Shown here: positions 37,241 to 50,175 of the stretch, piece by piece
Numbering within the stretch: position 1 is the first letter of the stretch
How the letters are laid out: every line of letters starts with the position of its first letter
Origin: Sphyrna mokarran
Taxonomy: Eukaryota
Assembly: GCA_024679065.1 (NCBI GenBank)
Contig: JAGIQG010000015.1
Location: 41,354,001 to 41,418,000, forward strand
Reading direction: 5' to 3'
Length of the DNA stretch: 64,000 nucleotides
Notes under the pieces: generated by a model
What the model was told of the DNA's origin: nothing
What the model saw: the letters and a program-made list of their open reading frames with translations, nothing else
Databases searched by the model: none
Program-made: the position numbers and the translations under genes

Positions 37241-37991
37241 GGCTATTGTTTACGATATTTGAGCTTCTGCACCCTTCTGGGTGTATATCCCAATCTTTAT
37301 TTTGATCCTTGTTAAAATGATTAAAAAGTGAAACATAATTGGTGTTTTTTACTCCTTGATTTGCTGTCTGTGAGAATTCTTCTGTGTGACTGGTTGCTTA
37401 CCTGCTTGACTATTGGCACTGATGTCAAAGATTCCTTTAATTGGCTCAAGAGTGAAGTTAACATTGAGAAAGGTGAAATCTATTTCACATAACTTGTATA
37501 AATCTTTGTGGACAGCTTTCTTCAAGGTCAGAGATGAATGTTATCTTTTGCTGATGAAGTCAAAACCGGAACCAAAACATTAGGAGAGTATTTTATCTGC
37601 ATTGTATGTATTAAGACGCTATTGACAAAGATTGAATTTACTAACTAGTCAAGGTGACTATAAAATGGTTTAAATGCTATTGAACAATTCCAGTATTGGC
37701 AGAACGATCTTCTACTGAATGTTTTCAATAAAAAACTACACAGCATGGTAATAACTGAATGTGGGTATCTTCATTCTACAATAACATAATGATTTTTTTC
37801 TCACATTAGAAATATTTGTTAGTCATTCACTAATTAATGTCGGTACGATGTGTTAATTTCTTCTGTCTTTGCAACAGTTATGTATCATAATACCATATAT
37901 TAAAAATGCTGTGATCTGTCAGGGGTTAATATATATCAGTATGCAACCGATGTCAGGTTTCAGATGGTGAATGTCATTTGCTTCTTTTTAG

Positions 37992-38148
37992 CTCTGGCAA
38001 CCCGCTGACTGAATCGTTTACAGCCTTTGTAGCCCCCTCTAGGGGTTCTGGATCAGCGGCTAGCAAAGGTAGTCCAGCTGTACAGAAAGCCACTGATGTG
38101 TTGCATGACCTTGGTAGACTGAAGAGAGAAATGCATGGAATTCTACAG
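37992..38148 (+). CDS. KIAA0586: Internal coding exon of TALPID3 (centrosomal/ciliogenesis protein)
   Basis: Acceptor tttgcttctttttag, donor CAG|gtaatg, 157 nt, phase 2 to phase 0. The peptide ...AVQKATDVLHDLGRLKREMHGILQ resembles human TALPID3 ...[24 protein letters not shown] as recalled from memory. Confidence 0.78.
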
Positions 38149-38327
38149 GTAATGACACATTTGCAAGCAAGTTGTTAGAATTTGCAGACCCTTACTGTAA
38201 ATACAGGATGAGGAATTTGAATTATGAATGCAAACAACGATGTTAAAATTTCATGTAGAATAATGTTGGTCAGTACAACATTGAGTATCAATGATGAAAT
38301 TAAAAACAGATGCTGGAAACACCCCAT

Positions 38328-40386
38328 GGGTGGAAATTTTTGTTATTTTGGCTAAGTGTCAGTTTCAGCAAGAAGACCAGAAAACAGCCCGCCAGTGTTG
38401 TCAGTAAAAAATTGTGCTGTGTCTTCAGGAACTTGGGAAAAATGTTTTGCCTTTGACGAGTCCTGAGCGTCACTATAGATCTCTATGGTAGATGCCTATC
38501 TGCATCACCAAGTTGGGAGAAGGCTTTGTGGGTTCTTGGCCAATGTGGGTGACAGTAAGGGAGTGTAACTTGGTGAGAACGCACTCAGAGCAATGAATGG
38601 CCATCGGTGGAATGTTCCATGAGTTTCACGCTACACCCCTGGCAATCTGACACTGATTCACCTACCTGGCATCACTTAAGCTCATCAACTGGGGGAGGGA
38701 TGGAGGTGGGGCACTTATTCTGAGTCCAATCTTGGGGGTGGCAACCAACAAGTTGCCTCAAGTTTTTCAGAGGGAGCCCTCACCAAGATGTTGGATGGGT
38801 GAAGCAGAGGCGGGACAGCCTCTACCTCATGGGCAGGCCTGCCAGCAAGGTCACCTTGCTGTATGCTCTGTCATCTTTCATGTGACAACCAGACACTCAA
38901 TGCCTCCTTCATCCCCCATCTGTGAAGGTATCAGCTGATTGTTGACCTTCCCTCACACTCATGATGCAGCAATACTGGTGTCATCCTGGTAATGAGGAGG
39001 TCCCTCCTCTGAACTTCCTGCCCACATGATGACAATTCTGCACAACCTGGCAATGGGGGGTGAACTTTCCGTGGGACATCCATGGTCTCCTCTAGCACTG
39101 GTTCTCAGTCATCCACTGCCAGTACAGTCTGCCCCCCTATTGTCCCCTCCAAAAGGCAACTCTGTGTGGGCAGCTGAGCAGACCCTGCCAATCCTTTCTT
39201 GTCGGTATTGTTCCTGCCACTGTGCAGCCACATGTTGACGCTGGCATCGTCACTCTTGCTCCATGACTAGTAGGATAACCACAGGCACCATGATTGTATA
39301 TTTGCTATAATCGGGAGAGAGAAAAATGACATTTTTTACGAGCACTAACGAGTCCTGTCAATGCCATGACCCATTGCACATTTAAACCACGGAACATTTC
39401 ATCGATAGCCATTCACTACTCTGAGCACTAAGCTGCATTCCCGTACACCAACATTGGTCAAGAACCCACAAAGGCGTCTCCCAAATCAGCGCCCCCGCCC
39501 TCCCCCCCCCACACCCCTGCCCTCCCCCCACCACACCCCTGCCCTCTCCCATCATACGCCCGCCCTCCCCCACCACACCCCCCCTTCCCCCCCGACACCC
39601 CTTTCCCCCCCCCACACATCGCCCCCAGCGCCATGCCCTTGCCTCCCTCCCACAGCTCTGCCCTCCCTCCCCCCACCCCTCTACATCTCCCCTCCACCCT
39701 CCTACATCTCCACCCCCCACTACCCCCAACATCACTCCTCACATGCCCCCCACATCTCCCCTACACATAACCCCCTACACATAACCCCCTCCCATACAAC
39801 CCCTCCATACACACACACACACACACACACACCCTCACCAAACATCCTCCCGACACATTCTCCCCTGGTGCCGTGCCCCAGACCGCCCCCCCCAAATACC
39901 CCTCTCCATCACCCTACCCCAGCCCTCCTCCCCTCACTGCTGCGTTCCCACCCTCCCCCAATCAGCTTACTCAAGGTATCTCCCCACCACTCCCAGTTCC
40001 ACTAGGCCCAAGACTGATTTATTCAGGTCCCCCTTTCCATGGAAATCCCAGGTGAATGGTGGTGACATGCACGCTCACCTCCAACATCCTCCTTGGGGAT
40101 GAGGTCTCCAGGTTCACATTTTATAAACCACTCATTAAGCTGGTGAGATTTGAATATCTCATGAGACTGGAAATGATGGTGGGATGACCTGCTAATGAAA
40201 TGTAAGTGTATTGAAATGAGGTTCCCAACTCTCTGGGTGGGTATGTTGTTACCTCAACGACAAGGTGCATGGAAATTCTGTAAGTGAGATCTCATTGGCA
40301 AGAAACGCATTTTCTGACTTTCTGCAAGATTTTGTGCCCACAGTGTCGTTTGCGCTCATAGCTAACATGGGCTCCAGATCATTCCC
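38328..40386. mobile_element. Harbinger-derived element with a C-rich interior, nested in a Penelope/MER6-like fold-back
   Basis: Termini gggtggaaatttt ... agatcattccc. Host halves are aaaaacagatgctggaaacac (38302-38322) and ctccacagatgctgcctgacc...tccagcattc (40468-40530). Confidence 0.45.
39490..39960. repeat. C-rich low-complexity tract including (CA)n at about 39809-39831
   Basis: Directly visible; explains the Pro-rich and Gly-rich ORFs. Confidence 0.9.
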
Positions 40387-42385
40387 AAATTGTGTAAAGA
40401 AGAAAAAGAAGTTAATGTTACAGATGGATTCTCACCAATGGCAATTAGCTTTAATTAAACTTTGCAGTCTCCACAGATGCTGCCTGACCCACTGTGTATT
40501 TCCAGCATTCTCATTTTATTTTCAGATTTCTAACATCTGTGGTCATGAATGTAACTGTAAGACTAAAAATCTGCATAGCACTTGCTCACATATGTTGTTT
40601 ATCTCCTGGCTATTTTTAATTAGGAGAAAAGAATTATTATGTTACATAGTTTGATAAGATTTATTTATAATGCTAGAGAATATTTTAATTTGCATATAAT
40701 TTATCTCCTTGACTTTATTCGTACAAATGTTTTGCATCACAGTTTGAATGTATTGGAAACATCTGGTAGCCCAGACCCTGAATATGTGGCAGGACAAATG
40801 TTACCCTTTGGTGGATGTCTGATATTGAGGTGCAGAATTATAACAAAAGAATTTGCAGTTTATAGGGATAACAGTGACATAGAATTCGGCAGGGCAGAGG
40901 TGCAGGTAGTGAAAATCATCGTATTTAAGCTGTGAGCAGGCTGCTGCATAGGCAGGAGAGAGTTCCAAGGCAGAAATAAAATTAGCAGTCTGATATCATC
41001 CCATACATATTGTAGCACACAAAGACTTCAGGTATTTTAATTGTGTTGTGTGAACTTTGGAATTATACTTCCTGTTATACTACTAAAAAATAGAATCCGT
41101 TATTTGATTTTTATTCCCTTTATGGAAAATTTAATTTTCTAGTGAAAAGGCCATCCTCCCAAACCTATAGTTTGATGTTAATGAATGTACATTATAAACA
41201 TTTTGAGATAATGCTTGGTCTTAATCACATACATCATTCGTGTTTATTTTTGTAGGTGGGCATTTAGTCATTCACAACCCTTATTAAGAACATAATCTGT
41301 TAATTTAGCTTGTGGAATAACGTCATTGCCTTCCTCCGTTAACAGTACTGAGATGCTAGTTTGTTCCCTTTGCAATATTTCTGGTGGTAGACCAGATTGT
41401 GGTGATTTATTCCAATTCTGGTGCAATATGATTCCTGCAATTATGTTGAAAAATATCAGTATGAAAAATGGAATTCAAACGTTTTGGACATTTGCAACAC
41501 AAATCATCCTTATCTTCCATTATACAATATGTTCACAGAACAAAATATGCCAACATCACCTTGTATCGTTAAAGAAAAGATAAAATTCTAAAATGCTTTT
41601 TGGAGTATTTTGAGATTACAGATCCTCTGATGTTGAAATAGACCCAGCAGGAGGATTTGTTATATTGATTAGTTCAATGTTTCTGAAAAAGGAGCACTGT
41701 AAAGTCTTTGAGCTAAGTGAGTTTCTTTAAGATAAAGGAGGAGATTAATGTATTTATTGAAACTCGAAAGAATTTGTGTTTTTTATATCATCAATACACT
41801 TTACTGGATTTGGTTTTGTAATCTGAAATTTGCCTTCAAATCGGATCAATAATGAATGCCTCTAAGCTACCACAATGGAAACTAAAAGTATTGAGTGCCA
41901 TGATTACATCATTAAATTGGCCTGTTATCAAACTCGTGTCTTGAATACATGAAGTAATCTTGGTCGAAATCCATGCAAGATTTCGAAAGTCATCACATTT
42001 CAAGACAGATGGAAATGCTAATTGTGATAGCTGCTCATTGCTACTGAATAGTGAATTGGAAATGGTTTCTGTTTATTTTTGGACATTAAAGGCAGATTAT
42101 ATTTTAAAGACAGAAACCTATTTGATGTAAGAAATTTGAACTGTTTCAGGCTCTTACTTCTTTTCAATGTGAGTACTGTAAGCAGAGATTGAGGCTTATT
42201 GTGAACGTTTGAATGTCATTGACCTGAATTGTAGGAGCCAGGAATTTGAATCGCTGCATCATATTATCATAGTCTAACTGCTCACTGTGCTTTCTTTTGT
42301 AGTAAAGTCAGAAGCTGATGGACGAATGATTCAAAATGGTTCTGTTTTGCAGGAGATTTAACAGTTATCATGCTATCTCTTTCAG

Positions 42386-42424
42386 GAAGCAGAGCACTGG
42401 CAATCTCATGTGCAAGACATTAAG
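42386..42424 (+). CDS. KIAA0586: 39-nt phase-0 coding exon EAEHWQSHVQDIK, continuing the TALPID3 frame
   Basis: Acceptor tgctatctctttcag, donor AAG|gtttgt. In frame with exon 37992-38148, extending the predicted helix (HGILQ|EAEHW). Confidence 0.62.
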
Positions 42425-43563
42425 GTTTGTCTTTTGATTTGACTTAAATATTCACATTATGTTCAACTCTGGCAGCACACTGAGACAGGAATGAAATTCA
42501 TTTAAAAAAAAAACCTGGTCATAAGATATGACATTTTACTTATTTCTACCCTTGATTCCCTTTCTTTCAAATAGAGTGTGAATGCCAGTCAGAGCAACAA
42601 CCACAAGTCTATTGACTCGGCACCTCTGCAACATCATCTGGTGAGTTGCCATGGAGATTACTACCCTGTTCACCTCCACTGTACTCTCAATCCTGAATTC
42701 TTCCCCACCCCCAAGGTTTGTCACATTTCATACTGGTAGTTTTCCAGCACATTTTACCTTCTGTCTGCCACGTGAAGCACGATAAAATTACATCAAAGAA
42801 TTCTCATGATTGCTTTCAACACTTAGACAGTGTGCCACCATCATTTTTAACATTCAGCTGAAAAACAAGATAAAAAAATGGAAGCTGCTTGCTTTGAGGA
42901 GTGTACACATCTCTTCACTAATAACCTGCACTTTACGTTAATGCATATTGCTGATGTAAACAATCCAGTTAGTTTTTCAAGTAAAACAATCTTTTTTTTA
43001 TCACTTTGGCAATTCTGCCACCCACCCCCACCCCCCCACATCCTCAGCTTTCACTCTTTGTTGAGGTACAGTTCCACAAATAGCAACTATTCTCCAGTTT
43101 TTAAATCTTGATGGTGAAGGTTATTTAACTGAGTTGATGTGACCATTGAGTCTGATCATTCACTGTCCACGCATAGAAATTTCCAGCAAGGGTCATTGAC
43201 CTAGTTACAAATTTAATTGCTGATTGGGTTTGAAAGAACCAATGTTATAAATTATAGTTTTGTTTTAGTAGATTTAAATGTTTCTAAATCATGGATTCAT
43301 TTTATGTGAAGATGAGGGCTCTGAAAATTCAGAAGTATGTTGCAACCTGCAACATTTTTAGTTGGATTTGTGTTGGCAATCACAGATTGTAATATTTGAT
43401 TATCACAAGTACATAGTATTCTAGTGTAATTTGCAGGCATAAAATTACAGTTGCATCCAAATTTTAGAAGGGCATGATTTATATGTAGTTTCATAGAATG
43501 TACCACAAGCTTCTTTTCTGCCAAGGGAGTGCCAAAATCTACAGTAAGAATGCCAACCTTTAA

Positions 43564-43850
43564 GGGGTGGCACAGTGCACAGTGGTTCTCATTGCTGCCT
43601 TACAGCGCCAGGGACCGGGTTCAATTCCTGGCTTTGGTCATTCTGTATGGAGTTTGCATGTTCTCCCTGTGTCAGCATGGGTTTGCTGTGGGTGTTCCGG
43701 TTTCCTCCTACAATTCAAAAGACGTGCTGGTTAGGTGCTTTAGCCATGCTAAATTCCCTCTGTGTATCCAAACAGGCACCGGAGTATGGTGACTAGGGGA
43801 TTTAACTTCATTGCAATGTTAATGTAAGCCTATTTATGACACTAATTAAC
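43564..43850 (+). mobile_element. HE1-like V-SINE with alternative tail
   Basis: gctgccttacagcgccagggaccgggttcaattcc, V-domain, and tail gactaggggatttaacttcattgcaatgttaatgtaagcct. Confidence 0.85.
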
Positions 43851-44080
43851 CTCAAGTACCACGTGACTGCAAAATCTGAGATATACTGAGCCTTCATCGG
43901 TTCTTTGCAAGTTGCTAAGGATGACATTGCTTAATTTAGGCTTAATGGCAACTGACCCCTGATTATACAAAATGTAGGTCCTGAATAAAATGTAGATTGA
44001 GAAAAATATATACAATATTTTTTATTCATAACTAACTTCTTCCAAAGAAGTTGACTTTAAGCAATTCAAATAGGCATTAC

Positions 44081-44693
44081 GGGCAGAATTTTCACAATGG
44101 TGGTGGGAAACAGGAGCCAGGACTGTTTGAGTCATGAAGCCATCCCCAGAGGGAGGTAATGTCTGGGATTTTGACCAGGGTGCCTCTTGGCAAGGAGAAA
44201 AGTTACCTGTCAAAGTAAAGGCAGCTGGCAAATTGCTGACGCTGAATGATGAATCAGAGGCTTCCTAGTGTCAGAGAAGCAGGCAACAGCACTAAGGTTA
44301 AATAACTGACAGGATGCTTCGACGTGAAAATGCCCACGCAGCAATTTGAAAAAAAAAAGCAACTTTGCTACCTTTGGCGGCGTTTGGTTACTCCTGCATC
44401 CAGGAAAGGTCTGCAGACCTACGTAGGATGCTGACATCCCGACTATTGCATTGCAAGCTGGAGGCAAACTGGAAAAGTCCAGTCAACCTTCTTTGCTTGC
44501 TGTTAACAAGGCTCTTAATGGGTCTAATTGACTGCTTGCCATTTAGGGGCGTGCAGCTATGCCAAGCCCTGAAACTACCTCACCCGAAATATTTGAGCTG
44601 GGAATGATGCCAAGAAACAGCATGCTGACTGGCACCAGTATTTTTGAACCCATCCATCTCCATTTCCACTCTTGGCAGGGTTACATTCTGCCC
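44081..44693. mobile_element. Harbinger-type MITE
   Basis: Perfect 9-bp TIR gggcagaat / attctgccc, with 3-bp flanks tac/tat. Confidence 0.65.
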
Positions 44694-46433
44694 TATAGTT
44701 TTGCAATGCAGGAATGGATCAGGACCAGTGGTGTGCAGCAGATGCACAGGGTTCTGCTTCTTGATAATAAAAATCTGTGCTTTCTCCTGAGCTCAAAATC
44801 CCAGGGAAAAGATTCATTGCTGCTTTGATTGGTGGAATGAAGGAAACAATGCAATGGGGAGAGATTTCCTCTGTGTGATGGAACTGTGAATCTATTTATG
44901 AAGAGCAGGTAGCAGACTTTGTTGTGATTAGGGCAGAGAGAAAATATTTTCTCTCCTACCAAAGGCCAAATGTGCATATTTGATCAGAGTGGAAAAGTGT
45001 TATAATTATGACCTCGCAGGGGGAAAAAAACCCAAGAAAATAAGAGTAACAATTAAACTGAGGCAATAAAATGAGGGATTGGAACTTGTTTGCAATTACA
45101 AAGGTGAAAAAATCTTTTTGAAGCACAAAATGCTTCATGATTGTATCTCTATTTCCAATAGCAATCATTTCTTCATCTTGAATATGACAAAGTGCACTCA
45201 AGTGTGTCGAAATCTTTATGAGGAAATAAGAAAGATCATGGGATAGAAACCCAAATAAATTGCCTCAGTTTGCAAGGCTGCTGTTTTTCTCAATTTAGAA
45301 AATAGAAAGGAGTAAGAGGGTGTAGATATTCCCAAAAGATTCCAAATCCTTTCAATCTTTCAACCCCTTTAATTGGCTTCCAAAATGGTGGAGGGATTAG
45401 GTGCATCATGAGGACTATAAAATTTGCCAGGTAGCTATCTCAAAATGTGATTTTCTCATCAACCTGATACAGGCTGAGGGTATCAGCTACAGAGGCCTAG
45501 CTTGAACATTCTCCAGACTTTGCTTTGATAGCTGCTTGCAAGACATATCAGTATATGCTTTATTGGGATTTATTTTAATTATATTGTTACATATAATTGT
45601 GTAACAATTATATGCCAAAATTTTATTGCTGCAGTTAACTTTGTTTTTGTCACAGTTGATTGAATTTTATTTGATTTGCATCTGTAAAGTTACCAGTTTG
45701 ATTTCAAATAGTTCCATACATTAAAATATGAGATTAACTGTTCCTTCCTAAGCATCTACTGTGTGCTGAACAGGCACAAAGTGTGAAATGTTATAATTGC
45801 TGGGGGAGAGCTGGCAGGTAGGTGGGATTGTGGTGATGCTTTGCCTGTCACCTACCTGTCTTTTCTGGAATTTTACCTGTGACAGGTGTTGGACACCCCA
45901 TCATCCTTGGGCCAGTTGAGATGGTTAAGGGCCTTAGTCCACTGCTGATAATATTTTATCAGCAATAGGAATGCGTCCATGCTACGTCTCAGCAGTGGCC
46001 ACTGCTCCTGGTACAGGAGAACTGCCAGTCATTTGACTAGTCAATACCTCCCGGAGGGATACAGAAAGCCCATTCTTAGGTAATTAACAGAACAATAACT
46101 AAAATCATTGGCAAGCTGAACCCCAGATTTTAAAGTGGAGGGGATGGAGAGAGGGGGTCTAGGGGCAAGCCGCATCTTAGAGTAAAATTCAACCCAATGT
46201 GCCAGAGCTACGTTGTGCAGGCAGGTGTTTTCAGTTGCCCTAACTCCCAGCATAGGCCATCTCTTTGGAAGAAACTTGTACTTGAATCAAAGGGCAGAGG
46301 GTAGAGTCACAGCCCAAAGATTGATGTTGGGAAAGAGAGAATAACAGTGTTTCCAGATGATCTGACATAAGCCCCACCACCAACTTACTTTGGGAACCCA
46401 CCATTTAGCCAATCTAGGTAGCAGAGCAAGAAA

Positions 46434-46748
46434 AGCACGGTATCACTGTGGTTAGCACTGCTGCTTTACAGCTTCAGGGACCTGGGTTGGATTCCCAGTG
46501 GTGTTTGCACATTCTCCTAGTGTCTGCGTGGGTTTCTTCCAGGTGCTCCGGTTTCCTCCCACAGTCCAAAGATGTGTGGATTAGGTTGATTATCCATGCT
46601 AAAATTGTCCCTTAGGATACTAGGATGCTAAGGTTAGAGGGATTAGCAGGTAAAATACATAGGGATATGGGGGTAGGGTCTGGGAGGTATTGTGGTCAGT
46701 GCAGGCTCGATGGGCCTAAGAGTCTCTTTCTGTACTGTATGGTTCTAT
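46434..46748 (+). mobile_element. HE1-like V-SINE with CR1-type tail
   Basis: Head agcacggtatcactgtggttagcactgctgc; V-domain; tail ctgtactgtatggttctat; gaaaag on both flanks. Confidence 0.85.
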
Positions 46749-46759
46749 GAAAAGAATTC

Positions 46760-47260
46760 CATCACTTCCAAATCAATTCAGATTAATTCAAGGCCCAGAT
46801 CAATCACACAATTAGGGTCTTTGGAGGAAAAGGTTCCTAAGGTGCAGCATTGACGCAGGTTTAAACAAAAAGTCAGAAGCCAAGCAGGTTAACACACTGT
46901 TTTACTATGTAGCCCAATTGTAGATGGTGTTATTCCAATTCAGAAAATCAGTAAGTTATCTATTAAATTTGAAGAAGCATTAAAATCATTTTATTTTAAT
47001 TAATATTTATTTTAATTAAAGAAGCAATAAAATACTCAATAACAAGCGAGTCCCGTAGCCAGGAGAACTTGTTGATTCATTCGTCACTGATCTATACAGG
47101 ATGACAAAAGGTTGAGAATATGGAGCTTTCAAATTTGATCTTACCAGAGAAATAGCAGATGACACATTCTCTTATCCTTTGTAAGCAAAGGAAGATCTAA
47201 CCCTGGAAAAGATAATCCAGGTAATTGGGCAGTCCAAACTCCATGAGCAGCACAGAGCCA
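46760..47260 (+). mobile_element. Gypsy/Ty3 gag remnant
   Basis: Translates as WRKRFLRCSIDAGLNKKSEAKQVNTLFY and NKRVP*PGELVDSFVTDLYRMTKG*EYGAFKFDLTRE...EDLTLEKIIQ, a retrotransposon gag pattern with stops. Confidence 0.75.
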
Positions 47261-48331
47261 TTTTCACAGCCACAAAAAACTCTGATTGAAGGAATTAATT
47301 TGGAAGAATTGTGGGAGAGGTATAAAGTGAGGTGTTTACTAGAGATGTTTGCTTCGGAGGTGGTCTTTTGAATTGAGAGCCTGGTCAATAAATATATTTT
47401 AAGTTAGAAAGTTATAAGTTAAATTTTAAACAAATAATTTTTTCCAATCATTTTGAGTGTTGATAATAGATATCTGTGAGAAGTTTCATTGCTGTACATT
47501 TATAATGAGATGGTAATTCTTTGTGACAGAGAAACGAACATCAGCTGTCAGATTACTCTTCAGAGCAGACAATATACAGCGCAATCTTATGTTGGTGTTT
47601 TATCAGTGCAGTAGGCATTCTGGTGAGATTCTTCAAGATTGGCAGAAATATTGGCCAGAATTCTCCCAAAAAGATTCAAAGCCTATGCATGAAAACTGGA
47701 GTAAATCAAGCTGGTGTTTTCAGCTTGTTTCCTAAATGAGTCTTCCACACTCTGTGCACGCCAAGGCCACTAGCATGATTGTATTTAAAATCCAGGGGTA
47801 GAGCCTGTTCTCACTGAAGAGGCTGAAATTGGTGCATGTGCGGGACCCCATGGATGCGTAGTTCTCTGGGAGATAGCTAAAAAAAAGATCTCCCAGCATT
47901 GGGATAGTTGGCTTCAACTCCCCACAGACATTGCTGCCCCTACATCCCCCCCATTCCTCCATCCCCCCATGAACATTGCTGGCCTCCCCATTCCCCAATG
48001 ACCTGGACATTGCTGGCCTCTCCATCCCTAACCCCTGCCTTCCCACATATGGTTTCACACAGATAGTGCCATGCATGCTCCCCACCTGTGAGCATTCCCC
48101 CTTGTTGAATGAGAGCCTGGAGCATTGTACCCTCTGGACACAGTGCCCTGCCAAATGAGAGCCAATCAGCACCCTGGGAGATCGCTCATCCTCTATTGAA
48201 ACCTGGTTCCCTTTACATTTCTCACAAGGATTTTTTTTTTACTAATGGGCCCATGATTGGCCAAAACTGACTATACCTGAACTCCCCTATTAAGCTGCAA
48301 TAATAGACACACAGCCAGTCACCGTAGGAAG

Positions 48332-48564
48332 ATGGCTGGAAAGAAATCTGCCCTGATGTTCTGCCACGCTGACCAGGCCTGCCTGATGGACACAATGGAG
48401 GAAAAGTGGCAACTGCTGTTCCCCACTCAGAGCTGTTTCCCAATGGATCGCGCCGTAAAGGCAGTTGGGGGGAAATGTCAGCTGCAGTTAATGCCAGTTC
48501 CTTGACACCTAGGTCTAGGGAACAGTGCCAGAAAAAACAGAATGATCTTCTTCGGGCAACGAGG
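48332..48564 (+). pseudogene. Harbinger Myb/SANT-like DNA-binding protein, exon 1, frameshifted
   Basis: MAGKKSALMFCHADQACLMDTMEEKWQLLFP, a frameshift, then WGEMSAAVNASSLTPRSREQCQKKQNDL; donor AGG|gtgagt. Confidence 0.75.
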
Positions 48565-48716
48565 GTGAGTGTGCATCCCATTCCGAAACCTGCACAAGTG
48601 CTGTACCAGCAATGTCAAACCGTGCTCAGATACCTGAAGAACATCCAGTGACAGCACCCACCTACTCCCGCCCCCATCTCTTCGTGTGGCACCCCCCTGC
48701 CCCCAGAACTGCATCC

Positions 48717-48785
48717 AACCTGTTGGATTTAATCTGGTGTTGTGGCTTACTGTGCTTACCTCAGTCGAATGCTGGCACCTCCACC
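48717..48785 (+). mobile_element. Penelope-like tail fragment
   Basis: aacctgttggatttaatctggtgttgtggcttactgtgcttacctcagtcgaatgctggcacctccac resembles 18160-18240 and 7007-7050. Confidence 0.6.
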
Positions 48786-48828
48786 TGGTTCACCTAGCTG
48801 TGCCAGTCCTGGAGGTCCAGATGCATCT

Positions 48829-49468
48829 AGAACATAGAACAATACAGCACAGAACAGGCCCTTCGGCCTTCGATGTTGTGCCGACCAAAATAAAAAGCAA
48901 TGCCCCTCCAAACTAAACCATTCCCTTCTCTTCCATATACTTATCAATTAACCTCTTAAACGCCACCAAACTTGGCGCATCTACAACAGCTGCAGGCAGG
49001 GCATTCCACTCCCTAATCACTCTTTGAGTAAAGAACCTACCTCTGATATCCGTCCTATAACTCATACCCCTTAATTTAAAGCTGTGTCCCCTCGTGCTAG
49101 CTTTCTCCATCCTAGGAAAAAGGCTATCACTGTCCACCCTATCTAAACCTCTAATCATCTTATATGCTTCAATAAGATCCCCTCTTAGCCGCCTCCTTTC
49201 TAACGAAAACAACCTCAAATCCTTCAACCTCTCTTCATAGGACCTGCCCTCCATACCAGGCAACATCCTGGTAAACCTCCTCTGTACCCTCTCCAATGCC
49301 TCCACATCTTTCTTATAATGTGGCGACCAGAACTGCACACAATACTCCAAGTGCGGCCGCACTAGAGTTTTGTACAGTTGCAACATGATGATGCGGCTCC
49401 TAAATTCAATCCCCCTACCAATAAAAGCTAAGACTCCATATGCCTTCTTAACAACTTTATCCACTTGA
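48829..49468 (-). mobile_element. Young 5'-truncated CR1 LINE (ORF2 C-terminus open)
   Basis: ORF 48913-49464 contains LYKTLVRPHLEYCVQFWSP...ERRRLRGDLIE...FFTQRV; (gttctat)n tail; catct near both flanks. Confidence 0.95.
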
Positions 49469-49797
49469 CTGCCTAGTCATCTGTCCCATAGTCAGCTGTG
49501 ATCATGCCCCATTACCTGTGATGCCCTTGAATGGCTGAGACCTGGAAGGCCCCGGCCAACTTACATATCACACTGATGTTTCGGTGCCACCCTATTCATC
49601 CAGCTGGCCCTGAGATGCCCCAGTGGGGGAATTGGAAGGTCTTGGGGTGTCCAGAGTCTCCTGAGTGCAAGGCCCCAGCATGGGTTCTCGCCCTTCCTCC
49701 TCCCTCAGGATGCCCAAAGGCCATGGGGACGCTCCATGGGATGCCAGGCAAGCTAGACTGAGCTCCAGAAGCTCCGGCGTTACCTGGCCCCACCCGA

Positions 49798-49965
49798 GCC
49801 AGTCACTTTCTGTGGGTTAACCTTCAAGAAAGCTGCTGTGACATCTGTAATGATGACCCTAGATACAGGTTCATCCAGGGTGGAAGGCATGGTCTCGCTG
49901 ACCTTCTGTTCAAAACGGGCGTAGAATGCTTTGAGCTCATCAGAAAGGGTTGCGTTGGGACTGAT
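49798..49965 (-). mobile_element. Rex1/Babar LINE internal fragment
   Basis: Minus-strand translation SDELKAFYARFEQKVSETMPSTLDEPVSRVIITDVTAAFLKVNPQKVTG matches the Rex1 pre-RT motif LPDELNxFYARF...VNPRKAxGPD. Confidence 0.7.
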
Positions 49966-50175
49966 GATTTCTCCCCAATCCTGTGCAGCGAAGCACAGGC
50001 TGCGCGATAATCGGCCAAACGTTGCAGGCTACCTGACCTACTTTCCTCACCATCCATGAACCCTTAGTCAAACAGGACCCTCTGTCAGGAGCCAGTTTGG
50101 GGTTGTGAGGGAGTGGTGATTGCAGTAACACGTGGAGTGTGGTGGAAGTGTGTTCAGAGCAGTCTCCACTCTCCA

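Noticed and set aside
37545-37590. ctgatgaagtc...aaaacatt hammerhead-like string
   Set aside because: The GAAA box and stem II are not intact; at most a decayed remnant.
39382-40055. Pro/His-rich 183-aa ORF and Gly-rich antisense ORFs
   Set aside because: Artefacts of the C-rich low-complexity tract.
40639-40935. 98-aa ORF
   Set aside because: No recognisable domain, non-ATG start and no convincing splice signals.
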